Source of the DNA: Minisyncoccota bacterium
GTDB taxonomy: Bacteria > Patescibacteriota > Minisyncoccia > Phycocordibacterales > UBA9973
Assembly (NCBI GenBank): GCA_041662525.1
Contig: JBAZSF010000001.1
Location: 105,383 to 169,382, forward strand
Direction of reading: 5' to 3'
DNA length: 64,000 nucleotides
Position 1 is the first letter of the stretch; each line of letters opens with the position of its first letter. Shown in pieces: positions 11,046-20,609 of the stretch. Below the pieces are notes generated by a model, which searched no databases, had not been told where the DNA came from, and worked only from the letters and a program-made list of their open reading frames with translations. The translations under genes and the position numbers were made by a program.

Positions 11046-12948
11046 ACACCTTTGGTTCTTCGCCTTCGGGACCTTTTTCTTTAAATTCTGCGTCATGAAC
11101 TTCGGCTGGTTGTTCTTCAGGGGCACTAGCGGGAGGAGTTTCTGCTCCAGCTTTCGCCATCGCTTCCCCTATTTTTGACATTTCGGCAGAAAGCTCTTCG
11201 GTGGCTTTTTTAATTCCCTCACCATCAGTGCCATCTTTAACACCTCGCAAAGCAGTTATCTTTGCATTTACTTCATCTTTTAATTCTACAGGGATTTTTG
11301 CTTCATTATCCTTAAGAGCTTTTTCAGCAGTATAAATAATCATTTCTGCTGTATTTTTTACTTCTGCGTTCTCTTTTTTCTTCTTATCTTCCTCTGCGTG
11401 AAGCTCTGCATCAGCTTGCATTTTTTTGATATCTTCTTCTTTGAGTCCAGAGCTTGCTTCAATTTTAATTGATTGAGTTTTACCTGAGGCTTTATCTTTT
11501 GCGGAAACATTTAAGATTCCATTCACATCCACATCAAAAGCAACTTCAATCTGAGGCATCCCGCGAGGTGCTGGTGGAACTCCATCTAAAATAAATCGGC
11601 CGAGAGATTTATTGTCGGACGCCATAGGACGTTCTCCTTGCACGATGTGTATTTCAACAGAAGTCTGATTGTCTGCAGCGGTAGAAAATGTTTGAGACTT
11701 GCTTGATGGGATAGTGGTATTTCTTTCAATCAATTTTGTAGCCACTCCTCCTAAGGTTTCAATACCTAAAGATAGCGGTATTACATCAAGCAGTAAAACA
11801 TCTCGCACATCACCTTGTAACACGCCTGCCTGAACAGCTGCACCGAGTGCTACTACTTCGTCAGGATTAATGGACATATTTGGAGCTTTGCCGAAAAGTT
11901 CTTGCACTGCAGAAACTATCGCTGGCATTCTAGTCTGACCACCCACCATAATAATTTCATTAATTTCATTAATTTTAAATGGAGATGCGTCTAAAGCTCT
12001 TTTGGTAATCTTGATAGAAAGATCAATATACTCTTTGGCTAAAGATTCCAACATCGCTCGAGACATTTTTAGCAATAAATGTTTCGGCCCAGAAGCATCC
12101 GAAGTAATAAACGGAATATTTATTTCAGTTTCTGTCGTAGTGGAAAGTTCATGTTTAGCTTTTTCTGCAGCTTCTTTTAATCTTTGATGCGCTAGAGGGT
12201 CTTTGATCACATCAATACCAGACTCTTTTTTATACTCTTCAGCGATCCAAGAAATTATTTTTCTATCAATATCTCCTCCACCCATATGACTATCCCCATC
12301 AGTAGATTTAACTTCTATCACATCATCGCCTATTTCCAGCACAGACACGTCAAAGGTTCCCCCACCGAAATCGTAGACAACAATCTTTTCATTTTTCTTT
12401 TTATTGAATCCATAAGCAAGCGCAGCAGCAGTCGGCTCATTAATAATACGCTTCACATCCAGACCAGCAATTGCTCCTGCATCTTTGGTAGCTTTTCTTT
12501 GCGCATCATTAAAATATGCTGGTACGGTTATTATCGCTTCAGTAATTTTTTCTCCCAATTTCGCCTCAACATCAGCTTTTATTTTTTGCAAAGTCATTGC
12601 GGAAATTTCTTCTGGTCGATAAAATTTATCTGACATTTTTATTTTTACACCACCTCCTTCTCCTGCTTCAATTTTAAAAGATGCTGTCTCTCGATCTTTT
12701 TGCACTTCCGGATCATCAAATCGATGCCCCATATAACGCTTGATTTCAGCAATGGTATTTTCTGGATTTGTGACCGCTTGTCTTTTTGCAAGAAGACCGA
12801 CAATACGATCTCCATTTTTTGCAGTTGCCACGACAGAAGGTGTCGTACGATTACCTTCCACATTTTCTACTATCTTTGGTGCGCCACCTTCAATGATAGC
12901 GACTGCTGAATTTGTTGTACCTAAATCTATACCTATTATTTTTGACAT
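11044..12948 (-). CDS. dnaK: Chaperone DnaK (Hsp70)
   Basis: [35 protein letters not shown]. Confidence 0.98.
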   Translation of the reverse strand: MSKIIGIDLGTTNSAVAIIEGGAPKIVENVEGNRTTPSVVATAKNGDRIVGLLAKRQAVTNPENTIAEIKRYMGHRFDDPEVQKDRETASFKIEAGEGGGVKIKMSDKFYRPEEISAMTLQKIKADVEAKLGEKITEAIITVPAYFNDAQRKATKDAGAIAGLDVKRIINEPTAAALAYGFNKKKNEKIVVYDFGGGTFDVSVLEIGDDVIEVKSTDGDSHMGGGDIDRKIISWIAEEYKKESGIDVIKDPLAHQRLKEAAEKAKHELSTTTETEINIPFITSDASGPKHLLLKMSRAMLESLAKEYIDLSIKITKRALDASPFKINEINEIIMVGGQTRMPAIVSAVQELFGKAPNMSINPDEVVALGAAVQAGVLQGDVRDVLLLDVIPLSLGIETLGGVATKLIERNTTIPSSKSQTFSTAADNQTSVEIHIVQGERPMASDNKSLGRFILDGVPPAPRGMPQIEVAFDVDVNGILNVSAKDKASGKTQSIKIEASSGLKEEDIKKMQADAELHAEEDKKKKENAEVKNTAEMIIYTAEKALKDNEAKIPVELKDEVNAKITALRGVKDGTDGEGIKKATEELSAEMSKIGEAMAKAGAETPPASAPEEQPAEVHDAEFKEKGPEGEEPKV

Positions 12949-13012
12949 ATATTTTATAAGGTTAATTTATAATTTTTAATAATTTTACTAATATTTCGCG
13001 ACCACTAAAAAC

Positions 13013-13054
13013 TTGTATAAACAGAGTATATATGATAGGATGCTTGCATGTCAA
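13013..13054. promoter_or_regulatory. Overlapping divergent sigma70-type promoters for dnaK (-) and the PaaX-like gene (+)
   Basis: Minus strand TTGACA(13054-49)-N18-TATACT(13030-25); plus strand TTGTAT-N17-TAGGAT with extended TG, 6 nt before ATG 13048. Confidence 0.65.
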
Positions 13055-13563
13055 GTAATAAAGATTATTCTAATAAAATACTTAAAATTTTAGGTAGAAA
13101 AAATGCTGTTTCTTTGCCAGAACTAAAAGAAAAAATTACTGGAGAAAAATATGCAATCACACGCTGTCTAAAAAATCTTAAAAATTCTGGATTGATAGAA
13201 CAAATACCCTCCCCACAAAATAATTATGCTCGCCTGACAAAACTTGGAAGAAAAAAAATGCATAGTTTAGAGTTGGATAGTGACACAACTCTTGTAAACA
13301 CTTCTTGGGATGGATTTTGGAGAATTATTCTACTTGATCTGCCTGAAAACAGAAAAAATGAACGGGAGTCTCTACGTTACCTTCTTAAAAAGGCTGGCTT
13401 CGTATGTCTAAAAAATTCCGCTTGGATATCCCCATTCCCCTTTGAACATTTATTTACGAATATTAAAAAAGACCTAGGACTTACCACTGAGATAATGATT
13501 ATCGTCACCGAAAATATAGATGAGGAAAGCAAAAAAGTTTTATTTGAAACTTTTGGAAAATAA
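13048..13563 (+). CDS. PaaX-family transcriptional regulator (wHTH plus Cas2-like central domain)
   Basis: wHTH wing YARLTKLG; WDGFWRIILLDLPE...LKNSAWISPF. Confidence 0.75.
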   Translation: MSSNKDYSNKILKILGRKNAVSLPELKEKITGEKYAITRCLKNLKNSGLIEQIPSPQNNYARLTKLGRKKMHSLELDSDTTLVNTSWDGFWRIILLDLPENRKNERESLRYLLKKAGFVCLKNSAWISPFPFEHLFTNIKKDLGLTTEIMIIVTENIDEESKKVLFETFGK

Positions 13564-13584
13564 TTAATAAACTTCCTGCTGATA

Positions 13585-13620
13585 ACCCCGAACGAAAGCA
13601 AAGCTTCGTACAGGGTAGGC
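13585..13620. repeat. Intergenic imperfect palindrome (family E)
   Basis: accccgaacgaaagcaaagcttcgtacagggt, similar to the reverse complement of 31835-31865. Confidence 0.55.
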
Positions 13621-13626
13621 ATTTTT

Positions 13627-15351
13627 CTAATAAATTTCTTGTTGATAACAACGTTCACAGTAAACTATTTCTGGTCGATCTGGCGCGTAACTAGTCTCAA
13701 ATTCTACTTCACATTTTTGTGTGCCATGTATGTGATTTTTTTTATCACACATACATTGCCTACGAAAAAAAAGAGGTAAATTTCGTAAGGTTAAACGTTC
13801 ATAATGCCGACAATTAATGCAAAAACGCGGTAATGGAAGATTCATTCTTTTTAAAAAATCAAGTTCTGATTTGATTATGCGAAAAGCCCCGGTGCATTCG
13901 TGTTCACAAGACTCATCGTGTGCACATTGAATAGCCTGATTAAGTATGTCATCACTTACATCATTGATATTATCTAAGATGTCTTTATTTTTTAAAGTAA
14001 ATTTATAATTTTGTTTTGTAGTTTCGTACCACGAAAACCCTTTCCTCTTTGCATCTTCTTTACCCAATGGAAAAAATTCGTAAGCAGTAGTTGCTTTGTA
14101 TGGAAAAAAAGAAAATTCACTTGGGAAAAATTCTCCATATTCTTTTGCTTGTTTCATATGTTCAATTATTTTGGGCACTAATTTTACATATTCTTCTTTT
14201 GTGTACTGTTTATTAAAAATACAATATTGCTTATTTCGAAGCGAAACACATCCAAAAAGATCTGATGAATTACTGCAAAAAACACAATAAGTTAAATTTT
14301 TTACATTTGTATAACAATAAGCACTAAATTTTATATTTGATCCCCCATTTCCAACAATAAGACTTTCGTAAATAAGTTCTACATTTTCTCCATAATTTGA
14401 ATAATCATAGCAATCCTTTACAGGTCCCATTAAAATATTTTGGACAAATTTGCTATCTTCCACCATCCTTACACGAAAACAATATTTTGCATTCTTAGAC
14501 CCATAAACATAATCACCAGAAACATTCACATTTTGACGATCGTGAATATATTTTTGCGGGTAATCAAGCCAATGTTTATATACCTCATCTTTTAATACTC
14601 TTAAGGCTTTATTAGAACCTAAATTTAATTCTTTAATATTTTTTAAATAATCTTCTCTAGAATATTGTTTATTAAAAATGCAATATGATTTATTGCGAAG
14701 ATTAATTGAACCAAAACAACTATTGCATCCAATACAATCTTTACACAAAATCATTTCCTGACAACTCTCACAATCAACAGAAAAAAATGTTTTATAACAA
14801 GCTGTAGTATTAATATTTCCATAACTCAATTCACATTGATTTGTCATATGGCTATCAAAGCATTGTTTAGAACCCTTATCCCAAATTAAATATGCAGAAT
14901 CTTCCGCATAAGAGACTCCTCCTCGAACCAAATAACAATTTTTTACATCATGCACATTAGTGCAATAGTAACAATTCACTAAATTATACATAGAATGCGC
15001 AGGTAGTGGCACCCTTAAAAGTAAACTTTTAAACTGTTCGAAAAATGTTTTTGTAAAATCAAAATCACGAGCATACTCAAGTGGATTCCAGGCATCAGAA
15101 ATCCAATAATCTCGATCATATATTTTATAAGGACTTTCTTCGGGAAAAAGTGAAAAAATTTCTTTTCCACCAAGAGCTTCCTTTTTCTTAAATAAATGCC
15201 AATCATTACGCCAGGCCATTCTTCGCTGCATCCTGCATTCCGGACAAAAAGTAGGCGGAGGTACTTTTATCTTTTCATAAAAATTAAAATCCTCCGGCTC
15301 TATGACAAATTCTTTCTTACAATTTTGGCAATTTTTTGTTTCAGATTTCAT
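13627..15351 (-). CDS. Large Cys-rich repeat protein (paralogue 2)
   Basis: Same termini as 7138-8889 (ETKNCQNCK...; FETSYAPDRPEIVYCERCY). Confidence 0.8.
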   Translation of the reverse strand: MKSETKNCQNCKKEFVIEPEDFNFYEKIKVPPPTFCPECRMQRRMAWRNDWHLFKKKEALGGKEIFSLFPEESPYKIYDRDYWISDAWNPLEYARDFDFTKTFFEQFKSLLLRVPLPAHSMYNLVNCYYCTNVHDVKNCYLVRGGVSYAEDSAYLIWDKGSKQCFDSHMTNQCELSYGNINTTACYKTFFSVDCESCQEMILCKDCIGCNSCFGSINLRNKSYCIFNKQYSREDYLKNIKELNLGSNKALRVLKDEVYKHWLDYPQKYIHDRQNVNVSGDYVYGSKNAKYCFRVRMVEDSKFVQNILMGPVKDCYDYSNYGENVELIYESLIVGNGGSNIKFSAYCYTNVKNLTYCVFCSNSSDLFGCVSLRNKQYCIFNKQYTKEEYVKLVPKIIEHMKQAKEYGEFFPSEFSFFPYKATTAYEFFPLGKEDAKRKGFSWYETTKQNYKFTLKNKDILDNINDVSDDILNQAIQCAHDESCEHECTGAFRIIKSELDFLKRMNLPLPRFCINCRHYERLTLRNLPLFFRRQCMCDKKNHIHGTQKCEVEFETSYAPDRPEIVYCERCYQQEIY

Positions 15352-15361
15352 AATCTTACCT

Positions 15362-15406
15362 TTTCCCCTTCTTCCCCTTCACCAGGTGAAGGGGAAGAAG
15401 GGGAAA
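15362..15406. repeat. Perfect 22-bp palindrome between Cys-rich paralogues
   Basis: tttccccttcttccccttcacc-a-ggtgaaggggaagaaggggaaa. Confidence 0.9.
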
Positions 15407-15408
15407 CT

Positions 15409-17076
15409 TTAATTTATATTTTGCTTGTAACATTCTTCACAGGCGATTTTTTGATATCCCCATTCTGGTAAATAATACGCTTCAATATCTTTTTTACAAT
15501 AAAAACATTTATATGAATACGCTTGCAAAACAGTTAAATATTTTAAACTATTTTTTATTCTCACATCAAAATGATAACGCGGGAGCGGTATATTATTTTC
15601 TTTATAAAAAGAAAGTTCATTTTGGGCAATATTAAAACGCCAACCTGTTTCTGGGCATAAAAGTGCCTGAGTGATAATAGTATCCGAAACATCTTTCACA
15701 TCATCAGGAAGTTCGTTTGTAGGCATCCCATCTGTCTGACCTTCTGTTGTATCTTCCCAATAACCACCAATCTTTAGCATATCTTCTTTTTTTGTGTTTG
15801 GAAAATAAAAAAACCCAGTAGAGAAATTAAATGGTCCAAGACTCATGGAATAAGGCAAAAATTTTCCATACTCACCTCTTTTTTTCATATCAGAAATAAT
15901 CTCATCCCGTAATTTTTCATATTCCTCTTTAGAATACTGCTTATTTAAAATACAATATTTCTTTTTCCTCAAACCCACACAACCAAAACAATATTCACAC
16001 TCAATACATAAATCTAAATATTCGGAATATCTAGAAGAAGACCAGCTAGAATATTTGAGAGCATAACCGCTGGGTTGGCAAGAACTACAATTCCCTGATA
16101 TTTCTAAATCCTGACAGCCGGTAATATCAATACAAGATTCCAATCCTCTACCCCTAATACAATTAGAACAATCTTCGGATTCTGAAATCGTAAAACAATT
16201 ATGACAATTTTTACAATCCAATAAATAATCTCCAAAAGAATTATGAACTTTTAAATTAAAATTAGGTCTATGCACTACTTCTTCTTGAACTATTTCTTCA
16301 AAATGTTTTTTATGCTTTTGGATAGAATCATAGGAACCAAGTTGAAATGATTTGATTTTTTTATCATATTCTTCTTTGGAGTATTGAACATTTTCTATGC
16401 AAAAAGATTTATTGCGAAGATTCCAGCACATAAAACAATCCTGACAATTCCGACAGTCATATAAAAAGTAAGAATTTATGCAATCTCGAGAATGTTTAGA
16501 GTAAAAAAGTTTATAAGAATGATGGCACTCAGAAGAGTCAAAACATTTTTCACTATTGTAACAAACTATCACATCAATAGAATTTTTTACATTGATGTTT
16601 CTATATGAATAAAATAAGTTTTCACAATCCACCATAGAACGTGAAAGATAACTATCTTTACAACTCCAAACATCATCGCACCAATCACATCCTGTGCTTT
16701 TACTACCATCTTGATGCGGACGAGGCACTTTTTCTTGGAGATTTTTTAATTGCTCAAAAAATGTTTTTTTCTCATCGTAATCTTCTCCATAATTCATTGC
16801 ATCCCATTTATCGCTGTACCATTCAGAAAGAGTGTAGATTGGATATCTGCTATTCTCCGGCAAAACTGTAATCAAACTTTCTCCAGAAAGATCAGATTTA
16901 CCTTTGCGAAATTTTCCAAATACCCAAAAAGACAAGTGCAATTTTACCCGACAGAAAAAACAAAGTGTCGGCAACTCTATATCAACTTTTTTATATAAAG
17001 ATAATTCTCCTTCTGTAATTAAAAAATTATTTCCACAATGCTCACAAATATTAGTTTGTTGGTTCTTTGTATTCAT
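15409..17076 (-). CDS. Large Cys-rich repeat protein (paralogue 3, more divergent)
   Basis: CEHC...LPTLCFFCR, CFGCVGLRKKKYCILNKQY, C-terminal CFYC-x18-CEEC; ATG overlaps end of grpE. Confidence 0.78.
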   Translation of the reverse strand: MNTKNQQTNICEHCGNNFLITEGELSLYKKVDIELPTLCFFCRVKLHLSFWVFGKFRKGKSDLSGESLITVLPENSRYPIYTLSEWYSDKWDAMNYGEDYDEKKTFFEQLKNLQEKVPRPHQDGSKSTGCDWCDDVWSCKDSYLSRSMVDCENLFYSYRNINVKNSIDVIVCYNSEKCFDSSECHHSYKLFYSKHSRDCINSYFLYDCRNCQDCFMCWNLRNKSFCIENVQYSKEEYDKKIKSFQLGSYDSIQKHKKHFEEIVQEEVVHRPNFNLKVHNSFGDYLLDCKNCHNCFTISESEDCSNCIRGRGLESCIDITGCQDLEISGNCSSCQPSGYALKYSSWSSSRYSEYLDLCIECEYCFGCVGLRKKKYCILNKQYSKEEYEKLRDEIISDMKKRGEYGKFLPYSMSLGPFNFSTGFFYFPNTKKEDMLKIGGYWEDTTEGQTDGMPTNELPDDVKDVSDTIITQALLCPETGWRFNIAQNELSFYKENNIPLPRYHFDVRIKNSLKYLTVLQAYSYKCFYCKKDIEAYYLPEWGYQKIACEECYKQNIN

Positions 17077-17671
17077 ATACATTGACCCTCGCGGCACGGA
17101 TTACGCGTTCGCCTAGTTTATAGCCTTTTTGAATCACATTTGCGATAGTATGATCTTGTTCTTTTTTATTTGTTTCTACCATATCAATAGACTGATGAAT
17201 ATTGGGATCAAAACTCTCCCCCGTCTCCCCTATTGTTTTTACTCCGTATTCTTCAAAAATGGTATTCATCTGAGCGTAAATATATTCCACGCCTTTTCGC
17301 CAGTTTTCATCCACCTTTTCCCAAGCTTCCTTGTTCGCAAAAGCCATATTAAAACTATCAATCACAGAAAGAAAACGAGTTAAAATTCTCTCTCGCATCG
17401 CTTCTGAAAAAAGTGCTTTTCTATCTTCTTCCTGCTTACGATAATTAACAAAATCTGCTCGCTCTTTCTGCCAGCCAGTTAAATATTCTTCTTTTTCGGC
17501 TTTGCACACTTTTAGATCAGCTCTAAATTTCTTTAAAGTTTTCTTTAAATCTTCTTCTCCGTCTTCGTTAAATTCAAACTCTAAAACCTCAGACGAGTCA
17601 ACAGACTCGTCCCGAGCAGCCTCGAGGGAATCTTTTATTTCGGTATCAATTTTCTTTTCTTCATCTGACAT
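17051..17671 (-). CDS. grpE: Nucleotide exchange factor GrpE
   Basis: RADFVNYRK, FDPNIHQ, QKGYKLGERVIRAARV. Confidence 0.95.
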   Translation of the reverse strand: MSDEEKKIDTEIKDSLEAARDESVDSSEVLEFEFNEDGEEDLKKTLKKFRADLKVCKAEKEEYLTGWQKERADFVNYRKQEEDRKALFSEAMRERILTRFLSVIDSFNMAFANKEAWEKVDENWRKGVEYIYAQMNTIFEEYGVKTIGETGESFDPNIHQSIDMVETNKKEQDHTIANVIQKGYKLGERVIRAARVNVYEYKEPTN

Positions 17672-17687
17672 ATATTTATCTTAGCAT

Positions 17688-17717
17688 AAAAATACCCCTA
17701 TTTTCAAGGGGTATTTT
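17688..17717 (-). terminator. Intrinsic terminator after rpsI
   Basis: aaaatacccct-attttca-aggggtatttt. Confidence 0.75.
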
Positions 17718-17721
17718 AGAA

Positions 17722-18168
17722 CTAACGCTTTGACCACTGAGGTGCCTTACGAGCTTTCTTGAGACCGAATTTTCTTCGTTCTTTAGCTCTCGGATCACGC
17801 TTTAGAAAACCTAATTTTTTCAAACTATCACGCAAAGTAATGTCTGATTCTATAAGAGCGCGGGCAAGCCCGTGGCGAACTGCTTCTGATTGAGAATGGA
17901 TTCCACCACCCGAAACATGCGCTTCTACTCCCCATTTTACATCTGACTTAGTTCCGCTAGTTGAAACTCCTTTTATCATTGGATCCAAAATTAAACGACG
18001 CTGATCTTCTGTTTTAAAATATTCTTTGGCATCTTTACCATTCACTATAAAATGAGCTTTGGTTACTTCTGTGATTCGCACTCTAGCAGTGGAAGTCTTT
18101 CTTCTTCCTACGGCTTCAATATATTTTCCTTTTTTTTCTGTGTCTTTATCCATATTTTTAGTCTTCAA
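17722..18168 (-). CDS. rpsI: 30S ribosomal protein S9
   Basis: GRRKTSTARV, RDPRAKERRKFGLKKARKAPQWSKR. Confidence 0.97.
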   Translation of the reverse strand: MKTKNMDKDTEKKGKYIEAVGRRKTSTARVRITEVTKAHFIVNGKDAKEYFKTEDQRRLILDPMIKGVSTSGTKSDVKWGVEAHVSGGGIHSQSEAVRHGLARALIESDITLRDSLKKLGFLKRDPRAKERRKFGLKKARKAPQWSKR

Positions 18169-18547
18169 TTGTTAAATTTTTCATCATAATTCTACGTAAT
18201 TTATTTCCTGGAAGCATTTGATATGTGGCAAGCTTGATTAATTCTTTTAATCCTTTTTTCTCAGCTGTTTCTGTACCTTTTAAAATACGAAGTCCACCAG
18301 GAATACCTGAATATCTAGTATGATAAATTTCAGCCAATTTTTTTGTGGTGATACGAAGCTTACTTGCATTGATTACTTTTACAGGAAAACCAGAGTAAAC
18401 ATTGCGTTCAAAGGTCGCTTTTGTTTTACCCATCAAAGACATCGCCACTTCTGACGCCACCCTGCCCAGGGTTCTACCGCTAGCATCAATTATTTTTACC
18501 TCTCTAACTTTTTTGGTTTCTTTGGTTTTGTTTTTTTCTGTTTTCAT
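18158..18547 (-). CDS. rplM: 50S ribosomal protein L13
   Basis: IIDASGRTLGRVAS, VINASK, SGIPGGL, MLPGNKL; ATG at 18547 chosen. Confidence 0.92.
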   Translation of the reverse strand: MKTEKNKTKETKKVREVKIIDASGRTLGRVASEVAMSLMGKTKATFERNVYSGFPVKVINASKLRITTKKLAEIYHTRYSGIPGGLRILKGTETAEKKGLKELIKLATYQMLPGNKLRRIMMKNLTIED

Positions 18548-18578
18548 TATTTTTTTCAAAATTAATTCAAGATTGACT

Positions 18579-18932
18579 CTAGACAAATTCTATAATTGCC
18601 ATCTTAGCGCCATCCGACTTTCTAGCTCCTAATTTTAAAATTCTTGTATAGCCACCTTTTTTATCAGTATATCTTGGAGCTATCACATCAAAAAGTTTCT
18701 TAACTTCGGAACTGCGGTTTGAAAGCTTTGCAATTATAAGTCTGCGGGTGGCTAAACTACCTCCCTTTGCTCGAGTGACAAGCTTCTCCATGAAAGGTCG
18801 CAACTCACGCGCTTTAGGTTCAGTCGTTTTTATTTTTTCACGCACTATTAAATTGAGCGCTAAAGAATTTAAAAGTGCTTTCTTTTGTGTTTTATTTCTA
18901 CCAAATTTTCTAACGTTATTGTGGTGTCGCAT
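18579..18932 (-). CDS. rplQ: 50S ribosomal protein L17
   Basis: MRH..RKFGR, IKTTEPKA, GGYTRI. Confidence 0.97.
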   Translation of the reverse strand: MRHHNNVRKFGRNKTQKKALLNSLALNLIVREKIKTTEPKARELRPFMEKLVTRAKGGSLATRRLIIAKLSNRSSEVKKLFDVIAPRYTDKKGGYTRILKLGARKSDGAKMAIIEFV

Positions 18933-18937
18933 ATAAA

Positions 18938-19915
18938 TTATTCTTTTAAGTTCAGGCCAAATTTATTTAAAACTTTCTTTATCTCTGTGATACCTTTTTC
19001 TCCGATCCCCTCGATCTCAAGCAAATCTTCTCTTTTTTTGCGAGCCAATCCTCCTAAAGTTCGAATATTTGCAGAAGTAAGCGCATTCAATGTTCTGGTA
19101 GAAAGATCCAGACTATCTGTACGAGTCTTTAAAACATCAACAAAATCACCTCCTTTTTTATCTTCTGTTTCATCTTTTTCTTCTTCTTTGGAAATCTTTT
19201 TACTAATCTTCACTTCTTCTTCTGTTTCCTTGAAATCAATAATCGACTTCAATTGATTTATCATAATTTCAATAGAACGGGAGAGAGCTTCTCGAGCTGA
19301 AAGTGTACCATCTGTCTCAATGGAAATTCTTAAACGATTGTGGTTTGTTTTATCACCAACACGCATATTTTCAACTTCATAGGCAACTCTGCGAATCGGA
19401 GAAAAAATTGCGTCAACAGCAATAGTACCAACATCCACTTTTTCTTTTTGAAAAGCTTCTTTTGAAATAAAACCTAAACCTTTTTCAATCTTCATTTCTA
19501 TGTTTAAGTTTACTTTCCCAGTAACTTCAACTATATGAAGTTCAGGGTTTAAGATTTCTACTTGTCCACCAGTTTTTGTATCTCCCGCTAAAACATCCTT
19601 AGGACCTTTTACGGAGAGCGTAACTGTTTGAGGTTCATCAGAAATCATTTTGAAACGAATTTTTTTCAAGTTCAAAATCATTACAATAACATCTTCTTTG
19701 ATTCCATCCATAGTCTGAAACTCATGACTTACCCCATCAATCTTTATAGAAGTAATACTAGCACCTGGAAGAGAAGAAAGAATAATTCTTCTTAAGCTGT
19801 TCCCTAATGTATGACCATATCCAGGATAGAGACCATCTATTTCAAATATTCCTTTATTGCCTTCCTCTAAAACAACACGAGGTTTTGAAGGCATAATTAT
19901 TTTATATTCAGGCAT
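18938..19915 (-). CDS. rpoA: RNA polymerase subunit alpha
   Basis: GYGHTLGNSLRRIILSS, VDAIFSP, alpha-CTD LDLSTRTLNAL; ATG at 19915 preferred over GTG 19954. Confidence 0.97.
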   Translation of the reverse strand: MPEYKIIMPSKPRVVLEEGNKGIFEIDGLYPGYGHTLGNSLRRIILSSLPGASITSIKIDGVSHEFQTMDGIKEDVIVMILNLKKIRFKMISDEPQTVTLSVKGPKDVLAGDTKTGGQVEILNPELHIVEVTGKVNLNIEMKIEKGLGFISKEAFQKEKVDVGTIAVDAIFSPIRRVAYEVENMRVGDKTNHNRLRISIETDGTLSAREALSRSIEIMINQLKSIIDFKETEEEVKISKKISKEEEKDETEDKKGGDFVDVLKTRTDSLDLSTRTLNALTSANIRTLGGLARKKREDLLEIEGIGEKGITEIKKVLNKFGLNLKE

Positions 19916-19987
19916 AAAAATTTTTATAATTAATTTGTAATAATAATTGTCCACCCTGCCCCATCTAACGAAGCAGAACGGAATAAT

Positions 19988-20590
19988 TTAACGACTATAA
20001 AATTCAAGAACGGCATTAATATTAAGAAAAGTTTCAATATTTTTTGGCTTAGCTAAAATGCGTCCTTCCATATTATTTAAATCAAAACTAACCCAAGTTG
20101 GCGCCGTATAGTCTTTTAATTTATCTGTAAGATTTTCAAAAATTTTCTTTACTTTACTTCCTTCACGAATCTTTATAATATCTCCGATTTTTACTTCAAA
20201 AGAAGGAACAGTTACTTTATGGTTATTTACAATAAAATGCCCATGGGAAACCATTTGTCTAGCTGCACGACGACTAGCACCAAGACCCATTCTGTAAATT
20301 ACATTATCAAGACGAGATTCAAGTCCTTCGTAAAGCTTATCGGCTGTTCCAGCACCTTTAATATTGGAAACTTTTTTAACATAATTAGAAAGTTGACGTT
20401 CTGATATTCCATATGAGAAACGTATTTTTTGCTTTTCAATAAGCTGTACCCCGTACTCAGTAGGAGCTTTTGGACGTTTGCCTCCAGGTAAGGTTTTTGT
20501 AGAAGAAGCTGAAAATTTGGTAGTTTGACATTTATCATAAACACCTGGGCCAAGTCTTCTACAAATTTTAAATTTTGGTTTTGATATCAT
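19988..20590 (-). CDS. rpsD: 30S ribosomal protein S4
   Basis: EKQKIRFSYG, LESRLDNVIYR, ARQMVSHGH, EFYSR. Confidence 0.97.
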   Translation of the reverse strand: MISKPKFKICRRLGPGVYDKCQTTKFSASSTKTLPGGKRPKAPTEYGVQLIEKQKIRFSYGISERQLSNYVKKVSNIKGAGTADKLYEGLESRLDNVIYRMGLGASRRAARQMVSHGHFIVNNHKVTVPSFEVKIGDIIKIREGSKVKKIFENLTDKLKDYTAPTWVSFDLNNMEGRILAKPKNIETFLNINAVLEFYSR

Positions 20591-20609
20591 AAATTTTTAT
20601 TCTTATTTT

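Noticed and set aside
12949-13047. CIRCE operator before dnaK
   Set aside because: No TTAGCACTC-N9-GAGTGCTAA match here or before grpE or clpB.
13048-13563. CRISPR-associated Cas2 / CRISPR locus
   Set aside because: The Cas2-like fold is the PaaX central domain behind a wHTH; no cas1 and no regularly spaced repeat-spacer array in the window.
7138-15351. Diversity-generating retroelement TR/VR pair in Cys-rich gene 3' ends
   Set aside because: Differences between the similar ends are mostly synonymous and not adenine-specific; no reverse transcriptase in the window.
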